NCBI GenBank assembly: GCA_036918135.1
Contig: JBALDB010000002.1
Location: 96,001 to 160,000 of the forward strand
Direction of reading: 5' to 3'
Length of the DNA: 64,000 bases
From: Nostoc sp.
GTDB lineage: Bacteria > Cyanobacteriota > Cyanobacteriia > Cyanobacteriales > Nostocaceae
Shown: positions 39,222 to 50,018 of the stretch, piece after piece
Numbering within the stretch: position 1 is the first letter of the stretch
Layout of the letters: each line of letters opens with the position of its first letter
Made by a program: the position numbers and the translations under genes
The notes under the pieces: generated by a model
Database searches by the model: none
What the model was told of the DNA's origin: nothing
What the model saw: the letters and a program-made list of their open reading frames with translations, nothing else

Positions 39222-41996
39222 TCATGACTGAATCGATGTTCTAGCCTTCAACTTAGGATAAGCGATACGTTTATGATTAAATTGCTGCCAAACATCTACA
39301 AATATCTGGGCAATTTGTGACATTTCTTCCCGTGTTAATCCTGAATCTACGAGTTGATTGTCTTGCCATCTGGCACGCAAAATATTATTCAACATTGTTA
39401 AAGCTTGTTCGGTAGAAACATCTTTAGGCGATCGCTCCTCTTCTCCTTCACTAGACTTTGCGCCTACGCTACTTCCCTTTAAGGGTACAGGACGTTTCGC
39501 CGAAGTTGATACTTGGAGCGATCGCAGTGCCGCTTCGCAAGCATCCGCCAACATGACAATTCCTGTTTCCCGCGACTGGGGAATCGGCCCCTCATAGCGA
39601 AAATCTGCTTCATTTACCGTTAAATTTGGATCTTCTTGAGCCATTTGCTGGGCTTGGTGATAAAAATAGGCAATTAGCATTGTTCCCTGATGCTCTGGAA
39701 TGAAAGCTTGAATTGCTGTGGGTAAAAGGTGTTTACGCGCCATCACCAGCCCTTCACTTACATGCTTTTTGATAATCTCCGCACTTTTCCAAGGGTCTTT
39801 AATTTCTGTATCGTGTTTATTTGGCCCCCCCATTTGGTTTTCAATAAACCCAAGGGGGTCATGCATTTTTCCAATATCATGGTATAATGTCCCAGCCCTA
39901 ACTAATTCAACATTGCATTTTAGTTGTTTGGCAGCAGCTTCGGCAAGGGTAGCCACAAAGAGTGTATGTTGAAAAGTTCCGGGAGTCTCAGTTGCCAATC
40001 GTTTGAGTAAGGGACGATTTGGGTTTGCCAGCTCTGCTAAGCGGATGGGAGTGACTAAATCAAAAAGTCTTTCTAGATAAGGACTCAACCCTAAAGCGAT
40101 AACACTCCAAACAAAACCCGATGAAGCAAATAACCCTGCTTCTCGGAGGACAATATACCAAGTTGAACCAAATACTTGCCCAATTAATACTTTCGCAATC
40201 AAGTAAATACCGCCTTGAGTTAAAGCGATCGCTACACCCAATAATGCCAATTCCTCACGCGATCGCAATCTTTGGGCGATGCAACTACCTAATATTCCTC
40301 CTCCTAAACCAGCAAAAAGTGCAGCTTTGCCCAAATCCAAGGTGATTGCTAATAGCGGCGACAGTAGTCCGACAACTGTCAACCCCAAAGTAGGGCCGTA
40401 AAAGCTTCCCAACAATAAACCAAGGGCACTCCAACTAGTGTAGGGCAATCCCATGACGATTACTGCTGGTACGCTCAGAGCCAGCAGTAACACCAAAAGG
40501 CGATCGCGTTGTCGCAGTTTGCGATTAATGTGTCGTTCTATCCAAACAAAAATGCCAATGGCGACGGTAATAATGCTTGCTAACTTTACCAACTCTAACC
40601 ACTTAATTTCCCAGCGAATTAGGTGATAATGCTGCAACACTTCAAAATCCCAGGCAGTAATCTGCTCTCCTTTTTTGACAATTGCTTCACCACGGTGTAC
40701 ATTCACCATCACAGGTGACACACCAGCAGCAGCTTTTTGAGCTTTTTCTCTGGTTTGTTGTTCATCTATTTGCAGATTTGGCTGGAGTACAGCTAACAAC
40801 AGTTTGCTTGCTAAAGGTTCGGCATCTTTTGGGACAAAGGTGTGGACTTGTAAGCTTACCGCATCTTGTAAAATATTTTGTGGCAGTCCTTGGGGGATGC
40901 CTTGGGTGAGAATCCGCTGGGCACTTTGATGGATTCCTGTTTGTGTATTTTCCCATTCCAAATCTGACAAGTCTAAGAGCAGGGATTCCTCGTATATTGT
41001 TTCTGGACTAACACTCTCCAACTGTAAAAGTTTGGCAGTGGCGAGTGTGTATTTTTGGCGTGCTTGGGAAATTTGGGTAATTAGTGAGGATAAGCTTTTG
41101 GCAGAAATTGTCAGTTGATAATCTTTTAATTCTTTTATTGCTTGAGTAAAGTCAGTATTTTGATAAAATGACGCCACCTCAGTACTTTGTGAATCAGATT
41201 TAGATTTGGATGGTGTAGTGCTTGCTTGGCGTACTTGATTCGGTGCAGCTATCGATGATGAACCGGATGAGGTGGTTCGTCCTGTTATTTTTTCGTACTG
41301 GTTTCGATGATTTTCTACAGCCGCTAGCACCGCTTGCCATTCTAAATCAGAGCAAGAACGAAGGTAACGCTGGGTAGATCTGGACAAAACTACAGTATCA
41401 AAAAAAGGAAAAGCTCCAGCAATGGCACGAATTTCATTGCCATTATCTATAAGTTGTTGTAGATTATCGTCGATTTGTTGATTGATTCGCACAGCGACCA
41501 TCAACACTGGGATAAAACTTTTACTAGCAACTTTGCGCTTGGCGTCTGTTTTTTTCTGGTCTTCAATGCTAATTGTATAGGGCGCTCTAATTGTCTGGGG
41601 TGCGGGATTGCCTATTTGGAGTTGCGTTTGATTGTAGAATTTATGACCTATAACTCCTGTTAAGGAGACTACAGCGATCGCCAAAATCACCAAATATCGC
41701 TTTCCATGTACCCAGTTACAACCAACTGTATAAATACTACCCTGAGTTTTGACTGATTTTGCCATTGACTTTAGCGCTGTTTCTGGTTTCTTACGTTCGC
41801 TTTTGTCATTGGTTTTTGATAAAAACAAGATTACATTTGCGAGGATAGCTCTTAAAAGTTCCTTTTTATGGCTTGTGCCTTTAGGACTTTTAATTCTCCC
41901 AAGTAAGTTTCGCTTACGGCGTAATAATGTGTACCATCGCCGCCAGTAAGACAATTCCTGGGTGAAGAACTGCAAAAAATGCTCGGTCGTTTTCAT
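39222..41996 (-). CDS. 7TM-HD (HDIG) phosphohydrolase, PgpH-like putative c-di-AMP phosphodiesterase
   Basis: Extracellular domain, multiple TMs, PGTFQH, LYHDIGK, HV..G, EHQGT, GP.PQSRET and MLAD..EAA motifs. Confidence 0.88.
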   Translation of the reverse strand: MKTTEHFLQFFTQELSYWRRWYTLLRRKRNLLGRIKSPKGTSHKKELLRAILANVILFLSKTNDKSERKKPETALKSMAKSVKTQGSIYTVGCNWVHGKRYLVILAIAVVSLTGVIGHKFYNQTQLQIGNPAPQTIRAPYTISIEDQKKTDAKRKVASKSFIPVLMVAVRINQQIDDNLQQLIDNGNEIRAIAGAFPFFDTVVLSRSTQRYLRSCSDLEWQAVLAAVENHRNQYEKITGRTTSSGSSSIAAPNQVRQASTTPSKSKSDSQSTEVASFYQNTDFTQAIKELKDYQLTISAKSLSSLITQISQARQKYTLATAKLLQLESVSPETIYEESLLLDLSDLEWENTQTGIHQSAQRILTQGIPQGLPQNILQDAVSLQVHTFVPKDAEPLASKLLLAVLQPNLQIDEQQTREKAQKAAAGVSPVMVNVHRGEAIVKKGEQITAWDFEVLQHYHLIRWEIKWLELVKLASIITVAIGIFVWIERHINRKLRQRDRLLVLLLALSVPAVIVMGLPYTSWSALGLLLGSFYGPTLGLTVVGLLSPLLAITLDLGKAALFAGLGGGILGSCIAQRLRSREELALLGVAIALTQGGIYLIAKVLIGQVFGSTWYIVLREAGLFASSGFVWSVIALGLSPYLERLFDLVTPIRLAELANPNRPLLKRLATETPGTFQHTLFVATLAEAAAKQLKCNVELVRAGTLYHDIGKMHDPLGFIENQMGGPNKHDTEIKDPWKSAEIIKKHVSEGLVMARKHLLPTAIQAFIPEHQGTMLIAYFYHQAQQMAQEDPNLTVNEADFRYEGPIPQSRETGIVMLADACEAALRSLQVSTSAKRPVPLKGSSVGAKSSEGEEERSPKDVSTEQALTMLNNILRARWQDNQLVDSGLTREEMSQIAQIFVDVWQQFNHKRIAYPKLKARTSIQS
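39428..39525. repeat. 90-bp in-frame insertion bounded by duplicated HIP1
   Basis: GCGATCGC at 39428 and 39518, exactly 90 bp apart, enclosing a low-complexity 30-aa segment. Confidence 0.7.
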
Positions 41997-42096
41997 TATC
42001 TCTGCCTGCAATTGCTGACTTTGATAAGCTAATGAGTGTTAAAATTTTTCAGGATGGTTCCCTTGTAGTCAGATTAAGTCCTAGTAATTACAAAAG

Positions 42097-42291
42097 AAGG
42101 CAGGAGGCAGAGGGCAGCAGGCAGGAGGAAAGAAGTATTAATTAAAACTGTCTTTTCTGGGTTATTGCCCAGTTTAAAAGAGGAATTGTATCGAGCGGAA
42201 AGTGCGCGACATACAAAGCCTCCTTGCTTCAATGCTACGTTTTAAAACGTGGGTTCTTCTTGCCTCCTGCCTCCTATCTTCCTGCCTCCTG
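42097..42291. repeat. Inverted STRR-type (AGGCAGG/CCTGCCT) flanked element
   Basis: aggcaggaggcagagggcagcaggcaggagg ... cctcctgcctcctatcttcctgcctcctg. Confidence 0.55.
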
Positions 42292-42571
42292 AATTAATTA
42301 TTAGAATTTCTAAGCCTCAGCTCTAATAATAAGTCTTTAACCCGACATAATATAGGGGAATTCAACCCTAGTTTTATGCAACTTGAATGTTCATTAGCTC
42401 AGCTCAAAACAAAACAATCATCAGGGAAGTCCAATCTGTGGCTACTGTTGCAACTACGGTTGCGAAATGTTACCTACAGAATTGGGTCGAGGGTTTGCTG
42501 AAAAATCTAAGTATAGAATACTGTTAATATTGGCAGTTTGGCATCCGCACTGTTATTTGCTGAAAATAGCA

Positions 42572-43504
42572 TTAACGTAACCGAATAACACGAGGAGACG
42601 CGTAAACTGAAAGCATTACCCTAGACACGGCACATTCCTTCTGTGTTAACTCCTTTGGATCTAGGCAAACGTTATCATACAATCCTGACCACGCAGCCAC
42701 AAGTGCATCAGCTAATTCTAACATTTGCTCAAAGCTTGTCAGTTCGGATGCTGGTAAATTCCTCTGTAAAAACAATCGCCAATTTAGAGGAATTCCTGCT
42801 GTAGTGTTATACGCGCCTGATAAAGCCGCAGTAATTACACCTGTAGAGTATGCTATTAAACGAGTAGTATCTTGGATAGCATCACCATTTTTCGTAGCTC
42901 GCAAAACTGCAAGGTGAAAATCTTCCAATGTACTCAAAAAGCAGTAAAATGCGATCGCAATCGTATTACTGAGCTTTTCTTTGCTAGCAAACTCGGCTTG
43001 TACTCTTTCTAGTCCAGCCCCTTGTGCTAATAAATTCTGAATTCTTAATAATTTTTTCGGTATTGATGTCGGCGTTTCTCCCAAAAAGGAAATTATTTGC
43101 GGAATTAGGGTTAAAGGGTCGAGTTTCTCAGTCAAAGCTAGAGCGATCGCATACCCTACTGCTAGTGTTCCATCGCGTACTACTAGGTCATCATCCCAGA
43201 TTTGCAGCACATCCAGCAAGTTTTGTCGTAGCTTAATTGGATTTTCGTGAAAAAAAAGTGCCACTGGTAGTGTGGCAAGAATGATGTTTATTGGAGCTAA
43301 ATCAACAGAAGCTTTTTGCTGACGCGTTATCCAATCATTTAAATCTAATCTACCCAAGCTAATTAAGCTCTCGATACCCACAATCATTGCCATTATGCCA
43401 CCGGGGTAATTCTGAGGCTGTATTCCCCTATCAAAAGCTAAATTTTCCCCCAATAATACTCCGAGTAAAGTACCTCTAAACCGACTTACAAGAGAGTAAC
43501 GCAT
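42572..43504 (-). CDS. ADP-ribosylglycohydrolase family protein (degenerate active site)
   Basis: SRFRGTLLG.LLGE start, AFYCFL...EDF..AV and ITAALSGAY...GIP..W motifs; the upstream ORF extension is a MITE. Confidence 0.75.
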   Translation of the reverse strand: MRYSLVSRFRGTLLGVLLGENLAFDRGIQPQNYPGGIMAMIVGIESLISLGRLDLNDWITRQQKASVDLAPINIILATLPVALFFHENPIKLRQNLLDVLQIWDDDLVVRDGTLAVGYAIALALTEKLDPLTLIPQIISFLGETPTSIPKKLLRIQNLLAQGAGLERVQAEFASKEKLSNTIAIAFYCFLSTLEDFHLAVLRATKNGDAIQDTTRLIAYSTGVITAALSGAYNTTAGIPLNWRLFLQRNLPASELTSFEQMLELADALVAAWSGLYDNVCLDPKELTQKECAVSRVMLSVYASPRVIRLR

Positions 43505-43520
43505 TATAATTTTGGATTTT

Positions 43521-43638
43521 ATATCATGTCCGCTTGAATACTTATGATATCTGTGGGGGTTGATAATGGGTAATCGGTAATGGGTAATAGGAAAGAACTT
43601 GTTTCCTATTACCTTTTTCCCAATCCCCAATTACCAAA
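43521..43638. mobile_element. Truncated MITE, homologous to 49851-50015 in opposite orientation
   Basis: atatcatgtccgcttgaatacttatgatatctgtgggggttg...ggtaat repeats align with the reverse complement of the 49.9-kb copy. Confidence 0.75.
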
Positions 43639-43656
43639 TCAATTCATATTTTATGT

Positions 43657-44118
43657 CTATATACTTCTTAAATGATGCACTAGTGCCTGTAAGCCTAATA
43701 TATAACTTTGAGAGCCAAAACCACTGATTTGCCCAATTGCTACTGGGGCAATATAAGAATGATGGCGGAAATCTTCCCGACGATAAATATTACTCAGATG
43801 TACTTCTACTGTAGGTAAGTTAACGGCAGCGATCGCATCTCGCAATGCCACACTTGTATGGGTATATGCCCCTGGATTAATCAAAATTCCTTGATGTTGT
43901 CCCCAGGCCCCATGAATAGCATCTACTAAAATTCCTTCATGATTTGACTGCATGGGAAAAACTTTCGCCTGTAATTTTAATCCTTCTGCTTCTAACAGGC
44001 GGTTAATTTCCGCTAATGTCAACGAGCCATAAATTCCAGGTTCTCGCTGTCCTAGCAAATTTAAGTTTGGCCCGTGCAGTGCCAGAATGCTTAGGGGTTC
44101 CAACGTCGAATTTAGCAC
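43657..44118 (-). CDS. aroQ: Type II 3-dehydroquinate dehydratase
   Basis: [37 protein letters not shown] and VEVHLSN motifs. Confidence 0.97.
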   Translation of the reverse strand: MLNSTLEPLSILALHGPNLNLLGQREPGIYGSLTLAEINRLLEAEGLKLQAKVFPMQSNHEGILVDAIHGAWGQHQGILINPGAYTHTSVALRDAIAAVNLPTVEVHLSNIYRREDFRHHSYIAPVAIGQISGFGSQSYILGLQALVHHLRSI

Positions 44119-44130
44119 TTTTGCTTTTTG

Positions 44131-44268
44131 CTAGCGACGACGCGAGCGATCGTTCACGGGAATCGGAATCAGTTCCGGTTCCGGTTCAGCCTCTGGCCCT
44201 AAAAGGCTCTCAATTAGCTTACGTGCTAACTCCTTAAGCTTTTCTAGCACCTTTTCTATATAGTCCAT
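44131..44268 (-). CDS. 45-aa small protein
   Basis: AGGAG RBS; MDYIEKVLEKLKELARKLIESLLGPEAEPEPELIPIPVNDRSRRR; below the ORF-track cutoff. Confidence 0.8.
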   Translation of the reverse strand: MDYIEKVLEKLKELARKLIESLLGPEAEPEPELIPIPVNDRSRRR

Positions 44269-44715
44269 GAACCGATCGCTCCTGAGATACTACCTCAATT
44301 TTGGATTAACAAGTACGCAGTTTGCGTATTTTTGCACCTCTAACTTTTAACCGAGCTAATAGACAATCCCATTTTGGGACATCAGCCACTTCTCAAACTT
44401 GGGTTTCGTGTTTTTTGAGCCAAAAATGCTGGCAATTGCTCGCATTTTCTTCTTGTGACAAAGCTGGAAGTGTCGGCACTTTCCACTGCACAAGCTGATA
44501 CCACCGCTCTGGCAGCCTTCTCCAAAAAAAGTGGAGATCCTACTTTTTACAGTATCACACTTGCAACCTATACAAGTGCATCTTACCAAGGATGGGTATT
44601 AAGGGTGAACAGTCAAGGGTAGGTGGTAGTTTAATCGAGCTACCGATTAAGACTGACACTCTAAGCCTTGGTAGACTATCCAAAATTCCAAATTGAAAAT
44701 CCAAATTTGTTAACC

Positions 44716-47361
44716 TTATTTGCTCTTTTTTTTGGTAGCTGTGGTTGATGACTTAGCAGTTGACTTCGCTCTCGAACTCGTTGATTTACTGGTTTTACGA
44801 GTCGATTTTCCTGTCGAGGCTTTAGCTGCCAACAATTCTAAGGCTGCTGCTAAAGTTATATCTTCTACTGATTGACCTTCTGGAATGCTGGCATTAGTTT
44901 TGCCATGTTTGATGTAAGGGCCATAGGGGCCATCGTAGATGTTAACTGGTGCGTCGTCCTCTGGATGCGTACCCAATTCGCGTAAAGCTGCTTTGGACTT
45001 GCTGTTGGTGGAACTGCGTCCCTTTTTTGGTTCGGACAACAATTCTAATGCACGTTCTAAACTAATTGTCAATACATTATCAGCAGCTTTCAGAGAGCGA
45101 TAATCTTTTCCCTCTTTCCCTTGGTCGTGAACGATATAAGGGCCAAAGCGTCCCAAACTTGCTTGGATTTTACTGCCAGTGACTGGATGAACTCCTAATG
45201 TCCGGGGTAGTGCCAACAGACCAACAGCCATTTCCAAGGTAACGTTTTCTGGGGTGATGCCTTTGGGTAGAGAAGCTTGTTTTGGTTTGGGGTTTTCCTC
45301 GGACTTGTCACCTAATTGGACATAAGGCCCGTAAGCGCCAATTTTCACATAAATTGGTTCGCCAGTTTCCGGATGCCGACCTACCTGGTCGGGGCCAGTG
45401 GTTTTTTGCCGCAGCAATACTTCTACTTGTTTGGGGTCGAGGTCAGCTGGGGTCAAGTCTTTGGGAATTGAGGCAGTGACAACACCCTCACCATTTTCGA
45501 CTTCAATGTAAGGGCCATATTTACCAATTCGGACTTTGGCTGCCAAATTTTCCAGTTCTACAGTTCTGGCTTTGGTGGCATCAATTTGGCTTTCCTGTCC
45601 TTTAACTAGGGTTTCCAGACCTTTGTCTCCCAAATAGAATTGTTGCAGGTAAGGTAGCCATTTAGCTTCACCTGTGGCTATGTCATCGAGGGTTTGCTCC
45701 ATTTTTGAGGTAAAGCTGGGATCGACGATATCCGGGAAATGTTTTTCCAGCAAGTCGGTGACAGCGAAAGCAGTGAAAGTGGGTACGAGGGCGTTACTCA
45801 CCAATTGCGCGTAACCCTTGTCGATGATGGTGCCAATGATGCTGGCGTAAGTACTGGGACGACCAATACCTTCGCTTTCTAAGGTTTTCACCAAAGTCGC
45901 TTCGGTGTACCTCGCTGGGGGTTGGGTTTCGTGACCAACGGCTTCGAGTTCGGTACAATTGGGGCGATCGCCTACTTTTAAGCTAGGTAAAATTACTTCT
46001 TGGTCTTCCAGTGCTGCTTCCGGGTCATCTGAACCTTCAACGTAAGCGCGTAAGTATCCCGGAAATTCAATGCGCTTGCCAGAAGAACGGAAACCAGCGT
46101 CCTCGACTTGCAATTGTACAGAAATTTGGGTTTGTCGAGAATCAGCCATTTGGCAAGCGACGGTGCGTTTCCAAATTAAATCGTAGACAGCAAGTTCTCG
46201 ACCGCCCAAACCAGTTTCTTGGGGAGTGCGGAAAGTGCTACCTGCTGGACGAATTGCTTCGTGCGCTTCTTGTGCGCCTTTAGATTTGGTGGTGTATTGC
46301 CGGGGTTGGGGGCTGAGATATTGTTGACCGTAGAGTTTTTCAACACAACTACGAGCAGCTGCGATCGCCTGATCTGACAAATGCACCGAATCTGTCCGCA
46401 TATAGGTAATATACCCCTGTTCGTACAAATTCTGGGCAATTCGCATCGTATCGCGGGCTGAGAGGCGCAATTTTCGGTTAGATTCTTGTTGCAGTGTCGA
46501 GGTGGTGAACGGTGGCGCGGGTTTGCGCGTTACTGGACGTTCTTCAATGTCGGCGACATTCCAAGTTTTTCCAGTCAGGCGTTCCTTCAGGGCTAAGGCT
46601 TGGTCTTCGTTGAGCAACAAGACATTGCGGCCTGCGACAATTTGTCCGGTTGCGGGGTCAAAATCGCCGCCATTGGCTATTTTGGTTCCTCCCAAAGTCA
46701 GCAACTGGGCAGCAAAGGGGGTTTTGTCCTTTGATAAACTAGCCTTCAAATCCCAGTACGTACCTTCACGGAAAGCGCGGCGCTGGCGTTCCTTGTTGAC
46801 TAAAAGTCGCACCGCTACAGATTGTACTCGCCCAGCAGATAATCCCCAGGCGATTTTTTTCCATAGCAGGGGAGACAAAGTATAACCCACCAATCGATCT
46901 AAAATCCGCCGCGTTTCTTGGGCGCGAACCAACTGCTCATCGATATTGCGGCAGTTTTTCAGCGCTTTTTTAATAGCATCTTGGGTAATTTCGTGAAACA
47001 CCATCCGCTTAGTCGGAACTTTCGGCTTGAGCAATTGGTATAAATGCCAACTAATGCTTTCACCTTCCCGGTCTTCGTCCGTTGCCAGAATCAGTTCATC
47101 TACATCTTTGAGCGCATCTTTGAGCTGGGTGACAATTTTCTTTTTGTCTTTCGGGACAACATATACCGGTTCAAAGTCGGCGTCCACATTCACCCCTAGC
47201 TGTGCCCATTTTTCCGCTTTAACGGCCGGGGGAATTTCACTAGCCGACTGCGGTAAGTCACGCACATGACCCATAGACGCCTCTACCTTATAGCCTGATG
47301 GCAAGTAGTTGCGAATGGTACGAGCTTTGGTTGGAGATTCGACGATGACGAGAGTTGACAT
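44716..47361 (-). CDS. topA: DNA topoisomerase I
   Basis: [26 protein letters not shown] and ITYMRTDS motifs; C-terminal Toprim repeats. Confidence 0.98.
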   Translation of the reverse strand: MSTLVIVESPTKARTIRNYLPSGYKVEASMGHVRDLPQSASEIPPAVKAEKWAQLGVNVDADFEPVYVVPKDKKKIVTQLKDALKDVDELILATDEDREGESISWHLYQLLKPKVPTKRMVFHEITQDAIKKALKNCRNIDEQLVRAQETRRILDRLVGYTLSPLLWKKIAWGLSAGRVQSVAVRLLVNKERQRRAFREGTYWDLKASLSKDKTPFAAQLLTLGGTKIANGGDFDPATGQIVAGRNVLLLNEDQALALKERLTGKTWNVADIEERPVTRKPAPPFTTSTLQQESNRKLRLSARDTMRIAQNLYEQGYITYMRTDSVHLSDQAIAAARSCVEKLYGQQYLSPQPRQYTTKSKGAQEAHEAIRPAGSTFRTPQETGLGGRELAVYDLIWKRTVACQMADSRQTQISVQLQVEDAGFRSSGKRIEFPGYLRAYVEGSDDPEAALEDQEVILPSLKVGDRPNCTELEAVGHETQPPARYTEATLVKTLESEGIGRPSTYASIIGTIIDKGYAQLVSNALVPTFTAFAVTDLLEKHFPDIVDPSFTSKMEQTLDDIATGEAKWLPYLQQFYLGDKGLETLVKGQESQIDATKARTVELENLAAKVRIGKYGPYIEVENGEGVVTASIPKDLTPADLDPKQVEVLLRQKTTGPDQVGRHPETGEPIYVKIGAYGPYVQLGDKSEENPKPKQASLPKGITPENVTLEMAVGLLALPRTLGVHPVTGSKIQASLGRFGPYIVHDQGKEGKDYRSLKAADNVLTISLERALELLSEPKKGRSSTNSKSKAALRELGTHPEDDAPVNIYDGPYGPYIKHGKTNASIPEGQSVEDITLAAALELLAAKASTGKSTRKTSKSTSSRAKSTAKSSTTATKKKSK

Positions 47362-47821
47362 GGAAATTTCAAAAAAAAGAATAGCTGCTAAGCTAAACAG
47401 TCAAATTGAGGTAATTTTTACAAATTGTCAAGATAAAACGTCAGGCTTAGGGCGGTGATTTTATCCTCACACAAACTGCTTGTTTAGGAGAAAATCGTCC
47501 TAAGTTAGGGCATAGTCCTTTCCAGAGTATAGGAGAGGCCAAAGCTGGATGTGAATTTCCAGCTATTTCAATCTTTAACTTATCTAGCGCATAATTGGCG
47601 ACTACAGTTTTCAAAATACCCTGCAAGTGTAATCAGAGATTGGGTAGCACAGGGGCAAGGGAGGTAAAGGGAGACAACGGGACAAGGAGAATAACTGCTC
47701 TACTAAACAGTCATCAGTCATCAGTCAACACTCCCAATGCCTAAGAGCTTGTGCCAAAATTAAATCAAATTTGAGAAAAAAAGCGAAGTGCGGTTTGTAC
47801 CCATGTCAGGAAAGCAAAACT

Positions 47822-48113
47822 ATGCAACCAATTCGTCAAAGCGATGTTATCTTACTGCCTGTGCAGCAGGTTGAAGGACAAAAAATACCTCATTTAACTT
47901 TGGTAAAAGGCGAAGTTACTGGTTCTAAACATCGAATTACTGAGAGAGTAGCAGAATAAAAAAAGATATGATACATATTACTTACGTGTTTTTTCAGAGT
48001 CGGCATTGCTAGTTCATGAGCAGCATAAAGCTATTTTCTATTCCCCTAGTGACTGGATGGTGAAAATTCAGCGGGAATACGAGCTTGAAGGTTGGAGGTA
48101 TGTAACTGATTGA
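47822..48113 (+). pseudogene. Disrupted small beta-rich hypothetical gene (partner of DUF6745 genes)
   Basis: MQPIRQSDVILLP...L..GEVTG.KHRI* then LRVFSESALLVHEQHK and WMVKIQREYE..GWRYVTD in other frames. Confidence 0.7.
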
Positions 48114-48417
48114 AAAGTCGCTTTCAACAGGTAGCGCTTATGACTGGAATAGAAGCCTTACAATCAGTTCAATTTATAAATCTTCAAAAAAAGTAAGTTG
48201 CCGTTCTTAGCCTTGAAAATTAGCAAGCACTTATTGTAATGATTAGAAACTTTAAAAGATATACAAATTGTCCATAAAGCATTTGATAAATTCAAAACAT
48301 TTGCTAAGAGTTGCCAACGTGCAGGTTGGTTGAAATGCGATGATGTAAAGTCTGAGTTAGAGTGAGTAATTAAAAAGTTTATATTAGAAACTAATACATT
48401 AATTTCAATTCATCTCA

Positions 48418-48838
48418 ATGATATACCAGCTAACATCTGGACAAAAAGCTTTAATTCCAGTTTTTCGTGATAACTGGCGAATATCACGATGTAACATTGC
48501 CTGAAAAATACGGTAAAATCCACCCTGAACAATGGCAACCTGAATGGCTTTTGTCAGAGAAAAACGCCGAACTAGGGCCAGTACTAATTCGGGGTATTGG
48601 TTACGCTAGAATCTGCCAATAACTACAACCTATTGAATTAGATAATTGGCAAGAATACACGCTATTAAAAATTGATAACAACGTAGATATGAGCCGATTT
48701 ATTTATTAAAAATGACTTGCCCTAGTACAAGCTTTATTCATACTTTGCGAGTTCCACCGAATATGAACTCAGCGCGTGAGGCAGTCCGTTGGGTAAATTG
48801 GGGAGTATATCCAGAGGAATTTGGCGTGCAAACATTAA
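48418..48838 (+). pseudogene. DUF6745-like gene with internal deletion, stop and frameshift
   Basis: MIYQLTSGQKALIPVFRDNWR joined directly to VTLPEKYGKIHPEQWQPEWLLSEKNAE...LLKMTCPST..IH.LRVPP...AREAVRWVNWG. Confidence 0.7.
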
Positions 48839-49051
48839 GTGTTTTAGGGAGAAATTAACGTGTAAAGCAATTTGCTTGATAAAATCGGTAATAGATCCAG
48901 ATAAATTAGGCTGAAGTGTGATTTTGGAATTGACGCACTAAGCTAAAAAAATATAAATAGTAAGTATAGAAAAAACCGATGCATTTTACCATACATGAGG
49001 ACAAATGCACGAATTCAGGCTTGTCCAGAGCCAAAGTTATGGTAGGATAAT

Positions 49052-49150
49052 TTTGGAGAAGTTAACGGCGATACGAATCTTGTTGTTAGAAATAATTGCA
49101 AGCGGCTCTCCGGATAAACATCTCTGCATCAATGGATTCTGGAGAGTTTC
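49052..49150 (+). promoter_or_regulatory. rbp-type 5'UTR with complementary TCTCCG / TGGAGA boxes
   Basis: tttggaga ... tctccgga ... ttctggagag (RBS) can pair alternatively, as described for cold-regulated cyanobacterial rbp leaders. Confidence 0.5.
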
Positions 49151-49465
49151 ATGTCAATCTACGTAGGGAACCTATCCTACAGCGTCACACAAGACGACCT
49201 TAGTAAGGTATTTTCTGAGTACGGCAGCGTTAAACGCGTTCAATTGCCGACAGATAGGGAAACAGGACGCGCTCGGGGCTTTGGTTTTGTGGAAATGGAA
49301 TCATCTGACGCAGAAGATGCTGCTATTCAGGCTTTAGATGGTGCCGAATGGATGGGTCGTGTAATGAAAGTTAATAAAGCAAGACCACGAGAGGAGAAGG
49401 GTAGTCGCTCTGGCGGTGGTGATTGGCAAAAAAATAATAATAGTGGATACTCACGAGGCTATTAA
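49151..49465 (+). CDS. RRM RNA-binding protein (Rbp family)
   Basis: MSIYVGNL (RNP2), RGFGFVEM (RNP1), Gly-containing tail. Confidence 0.96.
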   Translation: MSIYVGNLSYSVTQDDLSKVFSEYGSVKRVQLPTDRETGRARGFGFVEMESSDAEDAAIQALDGAEWMGRVMKVNKARPREEKGSRSGGGDWQKNNNSGYSRGY

Positions 49466-49570
49466 GTTTTGAGATGATTTACGAAGGTAAAAGCATCATT
49501 AGCGATCGCCAAGCAAAAACTATGCCTAAATTAGCAGTTTAGTAGATAACTAAATCTGCAAAATTGTATA

Positions 49571-49601
49571 TAAGCAGTTCAGGAAATAACTGAGCTGCTT
49601 A
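49571..49601 (+). terminator. Stem-loop terminator after rbp
   Basis: taagcagttcag...ctgagctgctta followed by T-rich sequence. Confidence 0.55.
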
Positions 49602-49850
49602 TTTATTTTAGATATGAATGTTGATTGTAAATGAGCCTACCCTACACTTTAACATAATTTAATTTTCCCACTGTTCGCTACTTAACTCACGTTGATTCAT
49701 CTACACACCCTGCCGACGATCGCCTATTTTTTAGAAGACACCGAGTTTGAAAACACGCCTTAGTTTACCAAAGAGTGAAAATTGCTTTATATTTAACTAT
49801 GAAAAAACAGATGGGATAACCATCTGCTTCAATCAAAAGTGTATTATTTC

Positions 49851-50015
49851 ATATCAAGTTAGGCTAATTACTTAAAATATCATGGTCTTTTTGGTAATTG
49901 GGAAAAAGCTAATTGGGAAGAAAGTAATAAATAACTGATAATTACCCATTACCTATTACCGATTACCCGTTACCAACCCTCACAGACATCATAAGTACTC
50001 AACAGGACATGATAT
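49851..50015. mobile_element. MITE with ATATCA(T/A)GT terminal inverted repeats and GGTAAT/ATTACC heptamer interior
   Basis: atatcaagttaggctaattact ... agtactcaacaggacatgatat. Confidence 0.7.
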
Positions 50016-50018
50016 CAT

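Noticed and set aside
42300..42570. Possible c-di-AMP riboswitch upstream of the HD phosphodiesterase
   Set aside because: Could not find the conserved ydaO motifs by eye; an Infernal/Rfam scan would be decisive
43505..43630. N-terminal extension MGIGKKVIGNK...PITHYRLP
   Set aside because: Translation of MITE heptamer repeats
44356..44589. Cys-rich 77-aa ORF as a RiPP or metallothionein
   Set aside because: Non-ATG start, no evident RBS or modifying enzymes, and it lies in the likely promoter of the small gene and aroQ
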